64,000 bases of DNA from Blepharisma stoltei ATCC 30299 (GCA_965603825.1 CBFDEM010000002.1:496001-560000); one strand, 5' to 3'. Counted from the first letter of the stretch, positions 35,909-48,296 are shown. Numbers and translations: made by a program. The notes: a model not told the origin generated them from the letters alone.

Positions 35909-37414
35909 ATGGGTTGCATAAATTCAACACCTCAAAACGCTACGGAGTTTAAGCCAACAGATAACCCTGATGTATCAGCAGAAGTTTCTATTACTAGCCC
36001 ATCTAAAAATCTCCCAAGAGACTCAATTCTTATTAATCGCAAACAGTTCATTTTTTCGCGTCTCGGACAAATTACTGATTACTATATAATTCATGATGAA
36101 ATTGGCTCAGGGGCATTTTCTACAGTTAAAAGAGCAACCCATAAAGAAACGAATCTGCCAAGAGCTATAAAAATAATTTCAAAATCTGGAATTGCTGATG
36201 AGGTAAGAGAAAAGCTCAATGAAGAAGTAGAAATTCTTAAAGAGCTTGACCATCCGAATATTATTAAAATTTATGAAATTATTGAAGATGATAGCTCACT
36301 GAATATTGTTACTGAGTTATGTGAAGGTCAAGAATTATTTAATAAAATTGTTGAGTGTAAGCCTTTTTCTGAAACACAAGCAGCTATTATTATGTATCAA
36401 ATTCTATCTGGGCTGATTATGGCGCATCAGCGTGGCATAGTTCATAGAGACTTGAAGCCTGAAAATCTCTTATTTCTAAACAACAGTAAAGACTCCCCCT
36501 TAAAAATAATTGATTTTGGTTTATCCCAAAAAATCAAAGCTGAAAATAAATCAGTCAATTTTGTAGGAACTGCTTATTATATAGCTCCAGAAGTGTTAGA
36601 AAGCAATTATAATACAAAGTGTGATCTATGAAGCTGTGGAGTTATTTTATATTTAATGCTGTGTGGGCATCCTCCATTCAATGGAACTTCTGAAGAGCAG
36701 ATTTTTAAAAAAATATCAAGAGGCGTTTTTCCATTCAAAGGTAATGAATGAGCTGTGGTGTCACGTGAAGCTAAGAATTTAATCAAAAAAATGCTAACAA
36801 AAGACATATCAAAACGATGCAGTGCTGAAGAAGCTTTTCAAGACCCATGGGTGCAAGAGAGAGTTCAAGGACTTGTTGCAGATCGGCTGATTGATGAAAA
36901 TGTTCTGTTAAATCTTGTGCAATTCAGAACCAGAAATAAGCTTCAACAAGCCACAATGGCATTTATCGCAAGCCATTTTGTATCAAATCAAGAAATTGAA
37001 GGCCTGAGAAAAATGTTTGTCACCTTGGATGCTAATGGTGATGGAAAGCTAAATTTAGATGAATTAAGGAGAGGCTTTGCTAAATACCCAAATTTATCCA
37101 AGATGAATATTCAAGAAATACTTGAAAATTGTGATGTGGATAATAATGGATTTATTGACTATAACGAATTTTTAGCAGCAACGCTAAATTGACAGAAAAC
37201 TTTATCACATGAGAGATTAGAAGCGGCATTTAAAGCTTTTGATTCGGATCAAAGTGGAAGTATAACAGTTAAAGAAATTAAGTCATTTTTAGGAGATGAG
37301 TCAGAGCTGGAGGAAGGAATTTGGGAACAGATTTTAAAAGAAGCTGACACTAATGGAGATGGGGTTTTAGATCTAGAAGAATTTAAAAATGTGATGCTGA
37401 AGAAAATTGATTAA
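35909..37414 (+). CDS. Calcium-dependent protein kinase (CDPK), canonical motifs
   Basis: GSGAFS, AIK, HRDLKPEN, DFG, APE, KCDL-W(TGA)-SCG and 4 EF-hands. Three TGA-Trp. Confidence 0.95.
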
Positions 37415-37621
37415 AATTTTATTTAATCATTTAAATTAGTTAAATTTCATGGAATTTGTGCTTTTAAATGGGAAATTTTATGGTTTGAAAAGCAGTAGTC
37501 GTTTAAGCTGAAAGAATTAGGTTAATAGCTTGTAGGTATTATATTGTATTAAAAGACACTTGTGGTTAAGTAAAGCATAACTGATATATAGGAAATATAT
37601 GATATGTGTTTTAAAAATAAA

Positions 37622-37693
37622 CTCTCGGTGGTGTATCGTGCACGCCTGTACGAGATAACTCAGGAGGTGGAAGTTCGAGTCTTCCTCGAGAGA
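37622..37693 (+). ncRNA. tRNA-like RNA with aberrant D loop and anticodon arm
   Basis: Acceptor CTCTCGG/TCGAGAG plus A; D stem GTGT/GCAC; CCTG/CAGG stem; T arm GGAAG-TTCGAGT-CTTCC; T6 terminator at 37695-37700. Confidence 0.75.
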
Positions 37694-38139
37694 CTTTTTT
37701 CTGGTTATTATCTGTAAAAAATCAAACTTATATATATTCATGATTGCTTTACACATAATCCTTAAATAGGAAATCACCAGAAATAGCAAAAATATAAGCA
37801 TAAAAAATGTTTTTTAAATAAATAGACAAATATATTTTAATTTCACTTATTCTCTTATTTTTTCTTTATAATCTCTGACTCAGAGTTAAAATCTTTGCTT
37901 TTTTGCAATTTTTAGAATATAGGTCATTTGCAAATATTTCAGCAATAATAATTTAATAATCATAGCTATCAGTTATGAAAATAATTCAAGCAAACTTATC
38001 AAGTGATTGAATACTAAAGATAATAATGAAATTTTGAATAGTTTCTCATGAATATTTCATATTAAGAATTATCAGATTCAAATTTTCATATTTTATGCGT
38101 TTTAAGTTATTTTCCATATACAATTCTATAATTATTTTC

Positions 38140-38385
38140 ATGCAAAAAGAAGAATTCTCCAGAAATGATAATGCCCCAGAATCTCCAAGAAAACTTATCA
38201 AATCATCCTCAAGCCCACGAATAAAGAGAAAAGAAGAAGAGCTTAACTCAATCATCGGTTCCCTTGAAGGCAAGCCTACCAGGTATCATCGGAATCGTAA
38301 GGTCACGATTACTAATTCTCGAGGAAAGCCTCAAAAAGTTGGCTTTTTCAATTGGATGATAGGAATACTAGGGTGTTCAAACTAG
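38140..38385 (+). CDS. Small hypothetical protein
   Basis: ATG 38140 to TAG; basic, Ser-rich, ending GFFNWMIGILGCSN. Confidence 0.6.
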   Translation: MQKEEFSRNDNAPESPRKLIKSSSSPRIKRKEEELNSIIGSLEGKPTRYHRNRKVTITNSRGKPQKVGFFNWMIGILGCSN

Positions 38386-38397
38386 TGATGATTAAAA

Positions 38398-38772
38398 TTA
38401 AACAGTCTTTTTAGTTAAATTACTTTGTAATGTTGGTGAATAAGAATACATAAGCGAATGGAAAGGCGAACTTAGTCGACTCTGGCAGCTTCAGGACAGT
38501 CTGATACCAATGACTAATTTCTGGTTTGTTGATAAAATATAGGCTTCTTGTAGTGATAAATCATGGATTATGGAGTTTATTCCTTCTGGGCCGCTGTATT
38601 CTAATATTATGTCTTGAGGTGTTTTTACATCAGAAATGAAATTCATAATTACTCGAAAAAGCTCGTTGTAATCTCGAGGTCTTTTATTGAGAAATAGTCT
38701 TTGGTCTTCATATACCAAATCGACAGGGCCATACAAATGTTCAGGCTGCACACAGGCAAGATTGCATCCCAT
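38398..38772 (-). CDS. Small protein with MGC acylation-type N-terminus
   Basis: ORF extends through TGA 38491 to TAA 38398. Confidence 0.6.
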
Positions 38773-39083
38773 ATTGATACTTATAATGGACGTTTAAATT
38801 CGCATTTAACCTTCAAAACACGAATGAAGACTTTTCTAGTAAATTTTGAATGCATTTGTTTATTTTGACAATATAAAAATTAAGTAAAGCGATTATTAAA
38901 ACTAAATTAAAAAGAACTGACATTGATTATAGATTTATTAGGATAGAAGAATAGAAATAAGATTTCAGGAATAATTTAAGAAAAAATCAAATATAAAGCT
39001 AAAAATTATATGTAATTCTTTATAACAAAGCTTATCCTCTTAAAAATTATCTCTAAATATCATGGCATAAATCCCATAATTTA

Positions 39084-39767
39084 ATGGAATCCACACAGTA
39101 CGACGAAAATATCACCTATGATCTCGGCAACTTAGCAGCATACGATATTTCATCACTTGATTATTCATCACTTTATGATGTGACCAGCAAAAATTCATCG
39201 AGGCTCCTAGCAAAGCTTTTCTCATTAGAAAAAGAAGAAGATGAGCTCTCAGTCCTCATCAAACTTCCACAACCTTTGATGGTTTTACCCAGGGAAAAAG
39301 ACCCTCCCAAGCCAAAACCATTGAATAAATGGGAAAAATTTAGACTCAGCAAAGGGCTGGGAAGAAGGCTTAAGAGATCAAGAATGGTCTATGAGCCATC
39401 TGTTGATGACTATTTGCCACGATGGGGACCTTATTCAGTTAAAAGACTTCATGACAAGCAGACTGCTATCATTGAAGAAAACGAGGAAGGAAATGCAAGA
39501 GAAAAACGAGGCGAAGAAAAATCATTAAAAAAGCTAAAACAAAAAGAAAATGAACTGAAAAATAAATTAAGCAATGCTATGGAAGGCAAGAAAGGGAAAA
39601 AAGATATTGATGCAGCATTAGATGTTGCGAAATCTTCGACTGTTAAGCATGAAAAACAAGCTAAGAAGAGAACGATCCCAAGAAAAGACAAAAATACAAG
39701 AGAAGAAAAACAAAATAATTTGGCACTTTTGGATCAAGTTATAAAGAAAGCTAAAATTTCCACATAA
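39084..39767 (+). CDS. RRS1: Ribosome biogenesis regulatory protein
   Basis: YDLGNLAAYD, LPREKDPPKPKPLNKWEKF, YLPRWGPY. Confidence 0.92.
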   Translation: MESTQYDENITYDLGNLAAYDISSLDYSSLYDVTSKNSSRLLAKLFSLEKEEDELSVLIKLPQPLMVLPREKDPPKPKPLNKWEKFRLSKGLGRRLKRSRMVYEPSVDDYLPRWGPYSVKRLHDKQTAIIEENEEGNAREKRGEEKSLKKLKQKENELKNKLSNAMEGKKGKKDIDAALDVAKSSTVKHEKQAKKRTIPRKDKNTREEKQNNLALLDQVIKKAKIST

Positions 39768-39809
39768 AACTTTTGATTTACTTATTGAAAATAGATATTA
39801 GATAATAAA

Positions 39810-40544
39810 ATGGAGGATAGAGCATCAACAGTAATTATTTTTCTTAGTCTTCTCATTTTGGCATATAATTGGAATATCAAGTTTGATTTCTCTATATTGA
39901 ACTGGATTTTATATGGCTCTTTAATAGGCTTGTATTTATTTTGGAGTTTAGGCTTATTTTTAAGACGAAAAGACACTAAACTTGACATCCTCACCAATCA
40001 TGGAGCAGTTTCTCAAGGAATTTTTAGTATGTTTTCCTTTCAAAACAATAAATTTTACTGCATTGCCGGACTAATCATTGGCGGCTATTCTGGATATAAT
40101 TTATCAATAGTTTACACAGCATACTCCAAAATGAAATTTTCAATTACCATATCCTTCTTGATTAATTCTATTGCATCTATAGTAACAACACTTATAATAA
40201 CTGGCTTTGAGAACTCAAAAACCTTAAGAAATTTCTTGCCTTTTTTTTACCCTGACACAAATCCATGGACTGTTAGCAGCTTTTTGAGATCTTTATATAC
40301 ATGCATGGTTATTGGGGAGTATGTTGGACTTATGGCCATGCTATATTTGGGATTCTTTGAAATTATGTACTTTGTTTCATATGAAATTGCATCATATATA
40401 GGATGGTGATGGATTCTTGGAGGAGTTGGAGTCTGCTGCTGTATGAATGCCATCGCCAGTTACCAACAAGCAATGCTTAGAAGGAGAAGAAAGCTGGAAA
40501 AGCAAGAAGAAATTGAACTTAATAACTTCACAACAGTAGTTTAA
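39810..40544 (+). CDS. Multi-pass membrane protein
   Basis: About 6 hydrophobic segments. TGA 40407 read through, TAA at 40542. Confidence 0.72.
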
Positions 40545-40570
40545 CCTATTTTATCTAGCCTAAATTAGCT

Positions 40571-41722
40571 TTAAAATAATGACGCTATCAAAGCTGTCAC
40601 TATTAAAATCTCAGCTGAGCTGTCTTCATATGCCTTTTTCGCTTCATAAAATTCGGTTAGAAAAGTCTTCAAAACGCAAGATTCAGCACCTTGAATGTTC
40701 GCGAAATACTCATAGTAGGCATTATAATAAACTAACTTATTATAATTGTCACTGTCCCAAAAGTCCTTTATACACACTGCGCTATTTCTTCTTATTGTAT
40801 TACATTTTTTGCTTTCTTCAGAATTTAGCCACTTTTTTAATTGAGTGAAATATTGAATAACTGGGGTATCTCCATAGAAAAGCGGACAATATAAGCTTCC
40901 AGCTTGGTTGTAAGCGCAAGCGCAAGGTTCTTCAGCAAATGCATTAGCACTGAAATATTCATCTGGGGTTGATTGGCAGAATTGACCTTCAAGATCACAA
41001 GTGTTTGGAAGAGAATTTGGCTGAGCTGAAGTTAAATTTTTACTGCATTGATAGTGCCCTGTTCCTTCTTTAGCAAAACAATATCCGGAAGAACATAAGA
41101 AATTCTGGCTATTGCTGCAGGTACTTACATAAGCATGTTCAGCGAATGAGCCAAAACTAAAGCAAAGGTTTTTTGTTACTACGTTAGTGACATTGCACCA
41201 AGCATTGTTTACGCAGTCATAGTCTTCGGCACAGTCGTAGCCATTTGTTTCAATCTGCTTTTGGCAAGTTCCTTTGGTTGTTGAGTTATATCCTAAGCAG
41301 TAATAGCCAGGTAAACAATAGTTATGATCTATGCATTCTTCTTGATCTCCACTTCCTAAGCATCTGCTATCCTTGCAGCCGCTTGAATAAGTCGGGTTGC
41401 ACATATCACTATTGTCGCATTTTTCGCCTGGCCATTTGTAGCCAGTCACAACATTTGATTGGCATGTGTAAGTTGTCGTGTCTCCAGAAGTTGCGCCAAT
41501 TGCGCATGCCTCCTTTTCTGAGCAAGTAGGGGATGCATACACATTATAGCGGCCATCACTGCTTAGTTCTTTCAAACCACATTGGCCTTTACTAAACGAT
41601 TGACCAGAAGTTTTGCAGTAATAACGATAGCAGGTATTTGTATCAGCCTTTATTGAGGAAAATTCTGTATCCGCTTGAGCAGTGTAAAGAAAGAAAATGA
41701 CGGCGATCAAACAAATTTTCAT
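40571..41722 (-). CDS. Secreted/GPI-type cysteine-rich surface protein
   Basis: Signal peptide MKICLIAVIFFLYTAQA, periodic Cys, and a hydrophobic C-terminal tail after DSS. Confidence 0.85.
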   Translation of the reverse strand: MKICLIAVIFFLYTAQADTEFSSIKADTNTCYRYYCKTSGQSFSKGQCGLKELSSDGRYNVYASPTCSEKEACAIGATSGDTTTYTCQSNVVTGYKWPGEKCDNSDMCNPTYSSGCKDSRCLGSGDQEECIDHNYCLPGYYCLGYNSTTKGTCQKQIETNGYDCAEDYDCVNNAWCNVTNVVTKNLCFSFGSFAEHAYVSTCSNSQNFLCSSGYCFAKEGTGHYQCSKNLTSAQPNSLPNTCDLEGQFCQSTPDEYFSANAFAEEPCACAYNQAGSLYCPLFYGDTPVIQYFTQLKKWLNSEESKKCNTIRRNSAVCIKDFWDSDNYNKLVYYNAYYEYFANIQGAESCVLKTFLTEFYEAKKAYEDSSAEILIVTALIASLF

Positions 41723-42440
41723 TTTGTCCAATTTTTATTTATATTCGCCTTATTAAAATGGTTTTAACTGTTGTGAGAGACGAGAAACTAAGATGAATTA
41801 TTAGAAAATTGCAATGAGAGGGTTTATTTAGAAAAAAATAAAAGTTGAGGAATAAAAATAGAAAGGTTTAATTGAAAGCTTATAATTAGGCACTTGAAAA
41901 TAAAAATAGCATTTAAATATAAAGAATATAGTTAATTAATACAATAATTATTTATAACTAACTGAAATTAGGGTATTAATATATATGTCATATTAAATAT
42001 TAGGAAAAATCGAAAATCATATTCATCTTCATATTAACTGTTTTAAAATTTATACACTCCAAAGAAATTAATAGTCACTCTCGATGTTTTATTCTACTGA
42101 CTAGTTTTAATTGCTAATAATTTTTCACATTTTACCAGAGTATATATTAATATGTGATTAATTTTTAAAATAATTCATTTCATTAAAGCATATAAAATAT
42201 CATATGAAACCAGAGCAATAAATTTAATTTTCATTATAATTCTCTATTAATCCATTAATTGTTAAAATCAACTATTTTTTAAAATCCTCTTCCGAGTTTA
42301 AAAGCTAAGCTCATCGATACCTTTTAATTTTTTCTTTAAAATTCATATTCGTTTTTGCATTCCAATTTTATACAAATGTTTGCTTATATACTCCAGTTAA
42401 TCATATTTATTTACATCTAAGAAGTAATATCTACTAAAGC

Positions 42441-42689
42441 ATGGAAAGATCACTAACAGGCTCTCAAGAAGTCAATAGCACGCTAAGCTTTAATGGAAAT
42501 ATGAAACCAATATTGAAATCCCCGATTCCTACAGAAAAAATATTCGCCTTCACAGTAATTCCTGCTCAATCTGACCATAAAAAGAGTAAAGTTTCTTTCA
42601 GGAAACCTGTACAAAACGTAGTGTTAGTTGAACCTATAATTTATGAATCTGAAAAGAAAATTAAGAGTTGTGCATGTGAAATATTTTAA
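42441..42689 (+). CDS. Small protein with RVxF-like (KVSF) motif and CaaX end
   Basis: 82-aa ORF containing KPILK, KVSF and C-terminal CACEIF. Confidence 0.65.
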   Translation: MERSLTGSQEVNSTLSFNGNMKPILKSPIPTEKIFAFTVIPAQSDHKKSKVSFRKPVQNVVLVEPIIYESEKKIKSCACEIF

Positions 42690-43136
42690 ATTACAGCTAA
42701 GTTAATAATGTTCATATGTTGCCAATAAAAAGGATTGATAGTGTTTAAATCTTAATTATGGTGAAAGAATTGATTGAAATATATTTAAAAGAATTGCTTA
42801 AACGTAAAATTCGAATAAATGTTTATTACATGATTACTGACAAGTATGCTCAGTTTTAAAAAAATATTAATTTCATAATAATTTTAATAGAAAATTGAAA
42901 ATTTTCCAATTTAAATGTTCATTGATTTAAATTCCCTTAAATTCCAATCTGAATTTATGAAAAAACTTTCTAAATGCTTGCATCTTTTTCAGTAAAATTA
43001 TTCCAATAAGTTAAAATAAATTTGTTTTATAGGAGTATCTTTTAGGTATGAATATAAAATTATTGCAGTTTGATGTCAAAGAGCCAATCAAAAAAATTTA
43101 TATATAAGCAAATTTTGTAAAATTACACAAAATAAT

Positions 43137-43490
43137 ATGAGAAGGTTCTTTTCTGCCACAAAGACTTTTATAGAAGAGCAGCTCATAAAAGCTATGAATC
43201 CAGCTTCTTTAGAAATAATAAACGATTCCTGAATGCACCAACGAGGTTCTGATACCCATTTCAAAGTTCATGTAGTAAGTGAGGATTTTCAAGGGAAAAC
43301 CCAAGTGGAAAGAGAGAGACTTGTTAATAGAGCATTAAAAGAAGCTTGGGAGCAAGGCGTAATCTCTATTTCTGTAGTAGCCAAAACTCCTGAGGAAGCC
43401 AAAGCTGAGCCAAAATTAAGCAAGTCAATAAGGTGTATGAGTCACACAAAAGACCAATTTAATAATTCTTTTAATACAGAGCAAAAATAG
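43137..43490 (+). CDS. BolA-family protein (mitochondrial BolA1-like)
   Basis: MRRFFS..LEIINDS-W(TGA)-MH..DTHFKVHVVSEDFQGK..RERLVNRAL..AKTPEE. Confidence 0.9.
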
Positions 43491-43729
43491 TGTCGAATTG
43501 ATATTTGAATTAAAAAACGTGCCTAGTTAATATTCTTAAGAGATAATAATGCAAATTTCTCTATCCAATTAAAAGCATTATCTATTAAATGATTATTAGA
43601 TTATTTTTAGCTTTAAGGGATTAAACCTAACTTCTTTATCTTTATTTTTTAAAAATCAATAAATCAGACCCAATTGCCTCTTTTTAATCCTCCAATTAAT
43701 GTTTATGAGATTCATTCTATTTAGTAAAA

Positions 43730-46222
43730 ATGTATCAATTTAATCCCAATAACCTCATACAATTAGATTTTCAAGAACTATCCAAAGCACTAGCCTACAT
43801 TTTTGCTACATTGCAAGAAAACGAGTCCAAAATTTCAGAGGTAAAAGCCACCTCCACCGAAGCAGTATTTGAAATTTCAAAACATAAAGAAAAATTCAAA
43901 GACATAGAAAGTAAATTTCTGATTTTCGAAGAGAGCATCAAAGAAGTCAACAAAATAAGCGACAAAGTCAATACATGGGGCGAGCGATTTAGAGAAATGG
44001 AGGAAAGAAATTTCGCATTTTCAAGCAAAATAGAAGAATTGAGTCATCAATTCCAATCACAAATAGATGAAGTAACTAGACTGATATCTCAAACTACTAG
44101 ATCAGCACAAATAGATACTAAAAGAGACGTGATGATCAAAATGGAAGAAATGAATAACGCAGAAACGGTAAAAATTGGAATTATAAATAGCCAACTTGAG
44201 AGACAAATCTCTGAATTAAAGAATCAATTGGAAATGCTAAATTTGGAAAACCAAGCAAAATTTGTAGAAATCCATAGCTCGCTTGGATTGGTCAGCTCCC
44301 AGACTCAGCAGCCCGAATCCCAAAAGCAACCAAAGGAAAGCCAAAAAAACAGAAACGTTGTCAGTAGGTTAGCGTCATTAGAAAAAACATTTCAAAATTT
44401 TGTAACTTCAATGTCAAGTACAAGAAGCGTTGGAAATACCAACCAAGAGATTCAAATCCCAGCATTTATTGAACCAAAAATAAATTTAATAGAAAATGAG
44501 CCAAAGCCGATATTTTCTATGGTTAATGAAGGAATTGATCTAATAAAGCCTGCATCCAAAGAAAATGAATCAAATCCTCCAAGCCCATTATATCTACCAA
44601 ATAATGAAAATTTATTACCTTTATTTGATAGGATAAGTAAGCTTGAGAAAGCAAATTATAAGCTAGGAGACTATGAAGCAATGGAAAATAAAATTGAGAT
44701 ACTGAATGAAAAAATTGAAATTTTATTTGAAAAAGCGTTAAATGATGCAAATATTGTGATTCCTTCTATTCAGATAGAAGCCCCAAAAGAGCATCACCAA
44801 GAAAAATCATTAGAAAAGCCATATGAACTAAATTTAATAACAATACCATCTCCAATTCCATCTCCTTCTATGTCACCAATGCCATCTCCAAGGACTCCTC
44901 GACTTGATAGTCTTTATGATAAAAAATTTTCAAAAATAGAAGAAGCAGTTCAGCTGTTACAAAAAAATATTACAGAAGTCCAGTTAAGCATTGATAATAA
45001 TAAATTGAAAGAGTATTTAGATGATAAATTTACTGTATTTGGAAAAAATACTAGGGATACCCTAGTAAAGCAATTTTCAGGCGTTTCTGAAGAAGTATCA
45101 AGCAAACTATCCGAGTTCCAATCAAGACTAAATGGCTTCTGAAAAGATACTCAAATCGTTCATGAAATTATTGAAACCATTAAGTCTCAAATTGAAGAAT
45201 CTGCGCACAGTTTAAAAGAGGAAAATAAATTATTATCAAGTAGTATAGAAGATATATCAAAAAGCATTGACATAAAATTAACAGAAAAATTAACTGAAGT
45301 TAAAGAGTTAATTCCTCAAGTTCAGGTTACTAAAGAAAAACCCGAACAAACCGAGAGTGACACTGTTCTTCGTAGCATGATTTTTAGTTTGAGGAATGAA
45401 TTAACAAAATTAAGGTCATCAATTGAACAAATCGAGCATAAAAGAATGGTTGAAGAGTCAATTTTTGAAGAAAACGCATCAACTGTTTTTGTGGAGAATT
45501 TTGGAACAAAAGATGAAAATAATAACTTGAAAGGGATACTGAAACTGCATGATAATGCTATACGAAATTTAGCACTAAAAATCATGCCAGGATCTCAGAT
45601 GCCTTCTCAACAAAATCAAGAAATCACTAATGTTTTGCAATATTTAGAAGATTTAAAATCTCAAATAAAAGAAGTGATAAATAAACAAGAACATACCAAG
45701 TCTTTTACCTCAAAAGATTTTGAGCTTCTAAATGAAATTTATCAAAATTTAGAAAATAAATCAAATAAATCAGAATTAATACAAAAAGTTGATAGAAACG
45801 AACTAAGAAGGATTTATCAGCTGCTTAAGAAAAGAATTGATGAATTATCTGAACAGTTAAAAAAAAGTGATCAGATGCAGGCATTATTAAGCACACAAGA
45901 GGAGCCTTATTTCATGAAGAAAAAATATGATTTTGGCTGTGCATCTTGTGGGCAGGTTTTTAGTCCGCAATCTGATACTCAAATGACTCAGCAGACTTGG
46001 TATAAACCTGGGACAAGAAACGGAACATTTATGCCAGGATTTTCAAACATTTTATCATCGCTAATACAAAGCCCCTCTGGGTCTTTTACTTTGCCAAGTC
46101 GAGCTGAAGAAAATATTGATAGGGAATCTATAAAAAGTCCAAAAAACTCAATTGTGACGCCTTCATATAGTAAAGGGAAAAATAGAAGAATTAGGCTTCC
46201 TTCTGTTAAAGAATCTTCATAA
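43730..46222 (+). CDS. Long coiled-coil protein with C-terminal CxxC
   Basis: Two ORFs joined by TGA at 45140; CASCG motif near the C-terminus. Confidence 0.82.
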
Positions 46223-46295
46223 TAAAATGATAATAAAATAGTTTTGAAGTATTAGCACAAGTATATAAAAAGAGTTTCAAATTGAAACCCAGCTA

Positions 46296-46376
46296 GACAG
46301 TATGGCCGAGTGGTTAAGGCGACAGACTTGAAATCTGTTGGGATCTCCCGCGCAGGTTCGAATCCTGCTACTGTCG
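46296..46376 (+). tRNA. tRNA-Ser, anticodon UGA
   Basis: Acceptor GACAGTA/TACTGTC, G73, TGGCCGAGTGG, ACAGA-CTTGAAA-TCTGT, long variable arm, GGTTCGAATCC, T-run terminator and upstream TATA. Confidence 0.97.
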
Positions 46377-46676
46377 TTTTTTGATATTTTTTAATAATGA
46401 TCTTGACAATAAATAATAATCATCTCCATGCAAAATTAGCTGAAATATTAATTTTTCTTATTTGAATAGCTTCAAAGTTTTAAAATTCATCATAAAATGG
46501 AAAATTGAAGATTTCTTTGAAAAATATTGTAAAATTATTATTCTAGCATTTATCACAATAATATCATATTGGGCCATGTTTAGTTATTTTTATATTTGCA
46601 AAATCAGATCTTATTTTTAAGTAAATGATTAGCTGGTATTTTAAGTACTATGAAATAATTTAAGAATAAATATAAG

Positions 46677-47393
46677 ATGGATTACATGTGTCCTATATGT
46701 CTTAGAGATGATCGAACTCCAGTCATCAAACTCATGTTTTCTGTCTGCGGTCATCAAATTTGTGAAGACTGCCTTAAAACTCTTTTTCGTACAGAAACTC
46801 AAATTAATTGTCCGACTTGCCGCCGACCTTTAAAAAGAGTTGATTTCTCTTCAAGATATTTAGAAGAAAAAGAAGTTGACAAAGAAAATGAAATTCGTCG
46901 CGAAGTTTTGAATGTATACAATAAGCTTGAAGATGATTTTACTGATAGAGAATCTTATGATGCATATTTAGAAATGATTGAAGATATGATTTATGAATAT
47001 ATTTCTCAAAAAAACAGTGATATCATTAAAAAAAAACTTGACCTAGAACGCCAAAACAATATTCAAGAGATCACTCAAAACGAATCAAGAAAAGAAGAAG
47101 AGCTAAGAGTCATGAGAGAAAACGCAGTTATTGAGGACTCTATGTTTGATGAAAGCTTAAAAGATAGAGCAAAGGAAATTATATGAGAAAGAGCTCACAA
47201 AGTTGAAGAAAATTTAGTTAGCAAAGAAATGCCAGAGTGCAAAAATTTTGATTCAGTAAATTTTATATAGAGTTATGACCTAAACACCCTGGATGAAGAA
47301 TTAAGGAATTTATTTTTAAATGCCAGCGGGTTTGATATAGATGAAATAAAGAGAAGTTCTTATCAAGAATTAATTGATGGATTGAATATTTAA
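46677..47393 (+). CDS. MAT1: CDK-activating kinase assembly factor MAT1
   Basis: RING CPIC..CGHQICEDC..CPTC, EVDKENEIRREVLNVYNK..YDAYLEMIEDMIY. TGA at 47184, intron 47256-47270. Confidence 0.92.
47256..47270 (+). other. 15-nt intron gtaaattttatatag
   Basis: Removes an in-frame TAG; the MAT1-like C-terminus follows. Confidence 0.85.
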
Positions 47394-47402
47394 TTGATAA
47401 AT

Positions 47403-48032
<630 letters not shown>

Positions 48033-48296
48033 TTATTAGTAAGACAGAAGAGAATAGAAAATTTGAAAATATGCTAAAGATAATCATGCTCATAAATGTG
48101 ATAATTCATTTTGCATATAAATAGCATGCTTTAGTTTATTTTTAAAATAAAATAAAATGCCTTATATAATAATCGTATAATATTTTGCACTGGCTAATAA
48201 ACATTCCATATGAAATATGAATGTTACTGCCAGAGAACGCTTAAAAAATTGATAAATATAAAATAATCAGTAAAAAATCTTAAACTATGTGATTAG

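Noticed and set aside
37517-37801. 94-aa minus-strand ORF over the tRNA-like element
   Set aside because: AT-rich, atypical composition; the GC-rich core is better explained by the + strand RNA fold with B-box and terminator.
46296-46376. tRNA with TGA in the anticodon as a UGA suppressor or Sec tRNA
   Set aside because: Anticodon UGA reads UCA (Ser); a UGA decoder would need anticodon UCA. The structure is a canonical tRNA-Ser.
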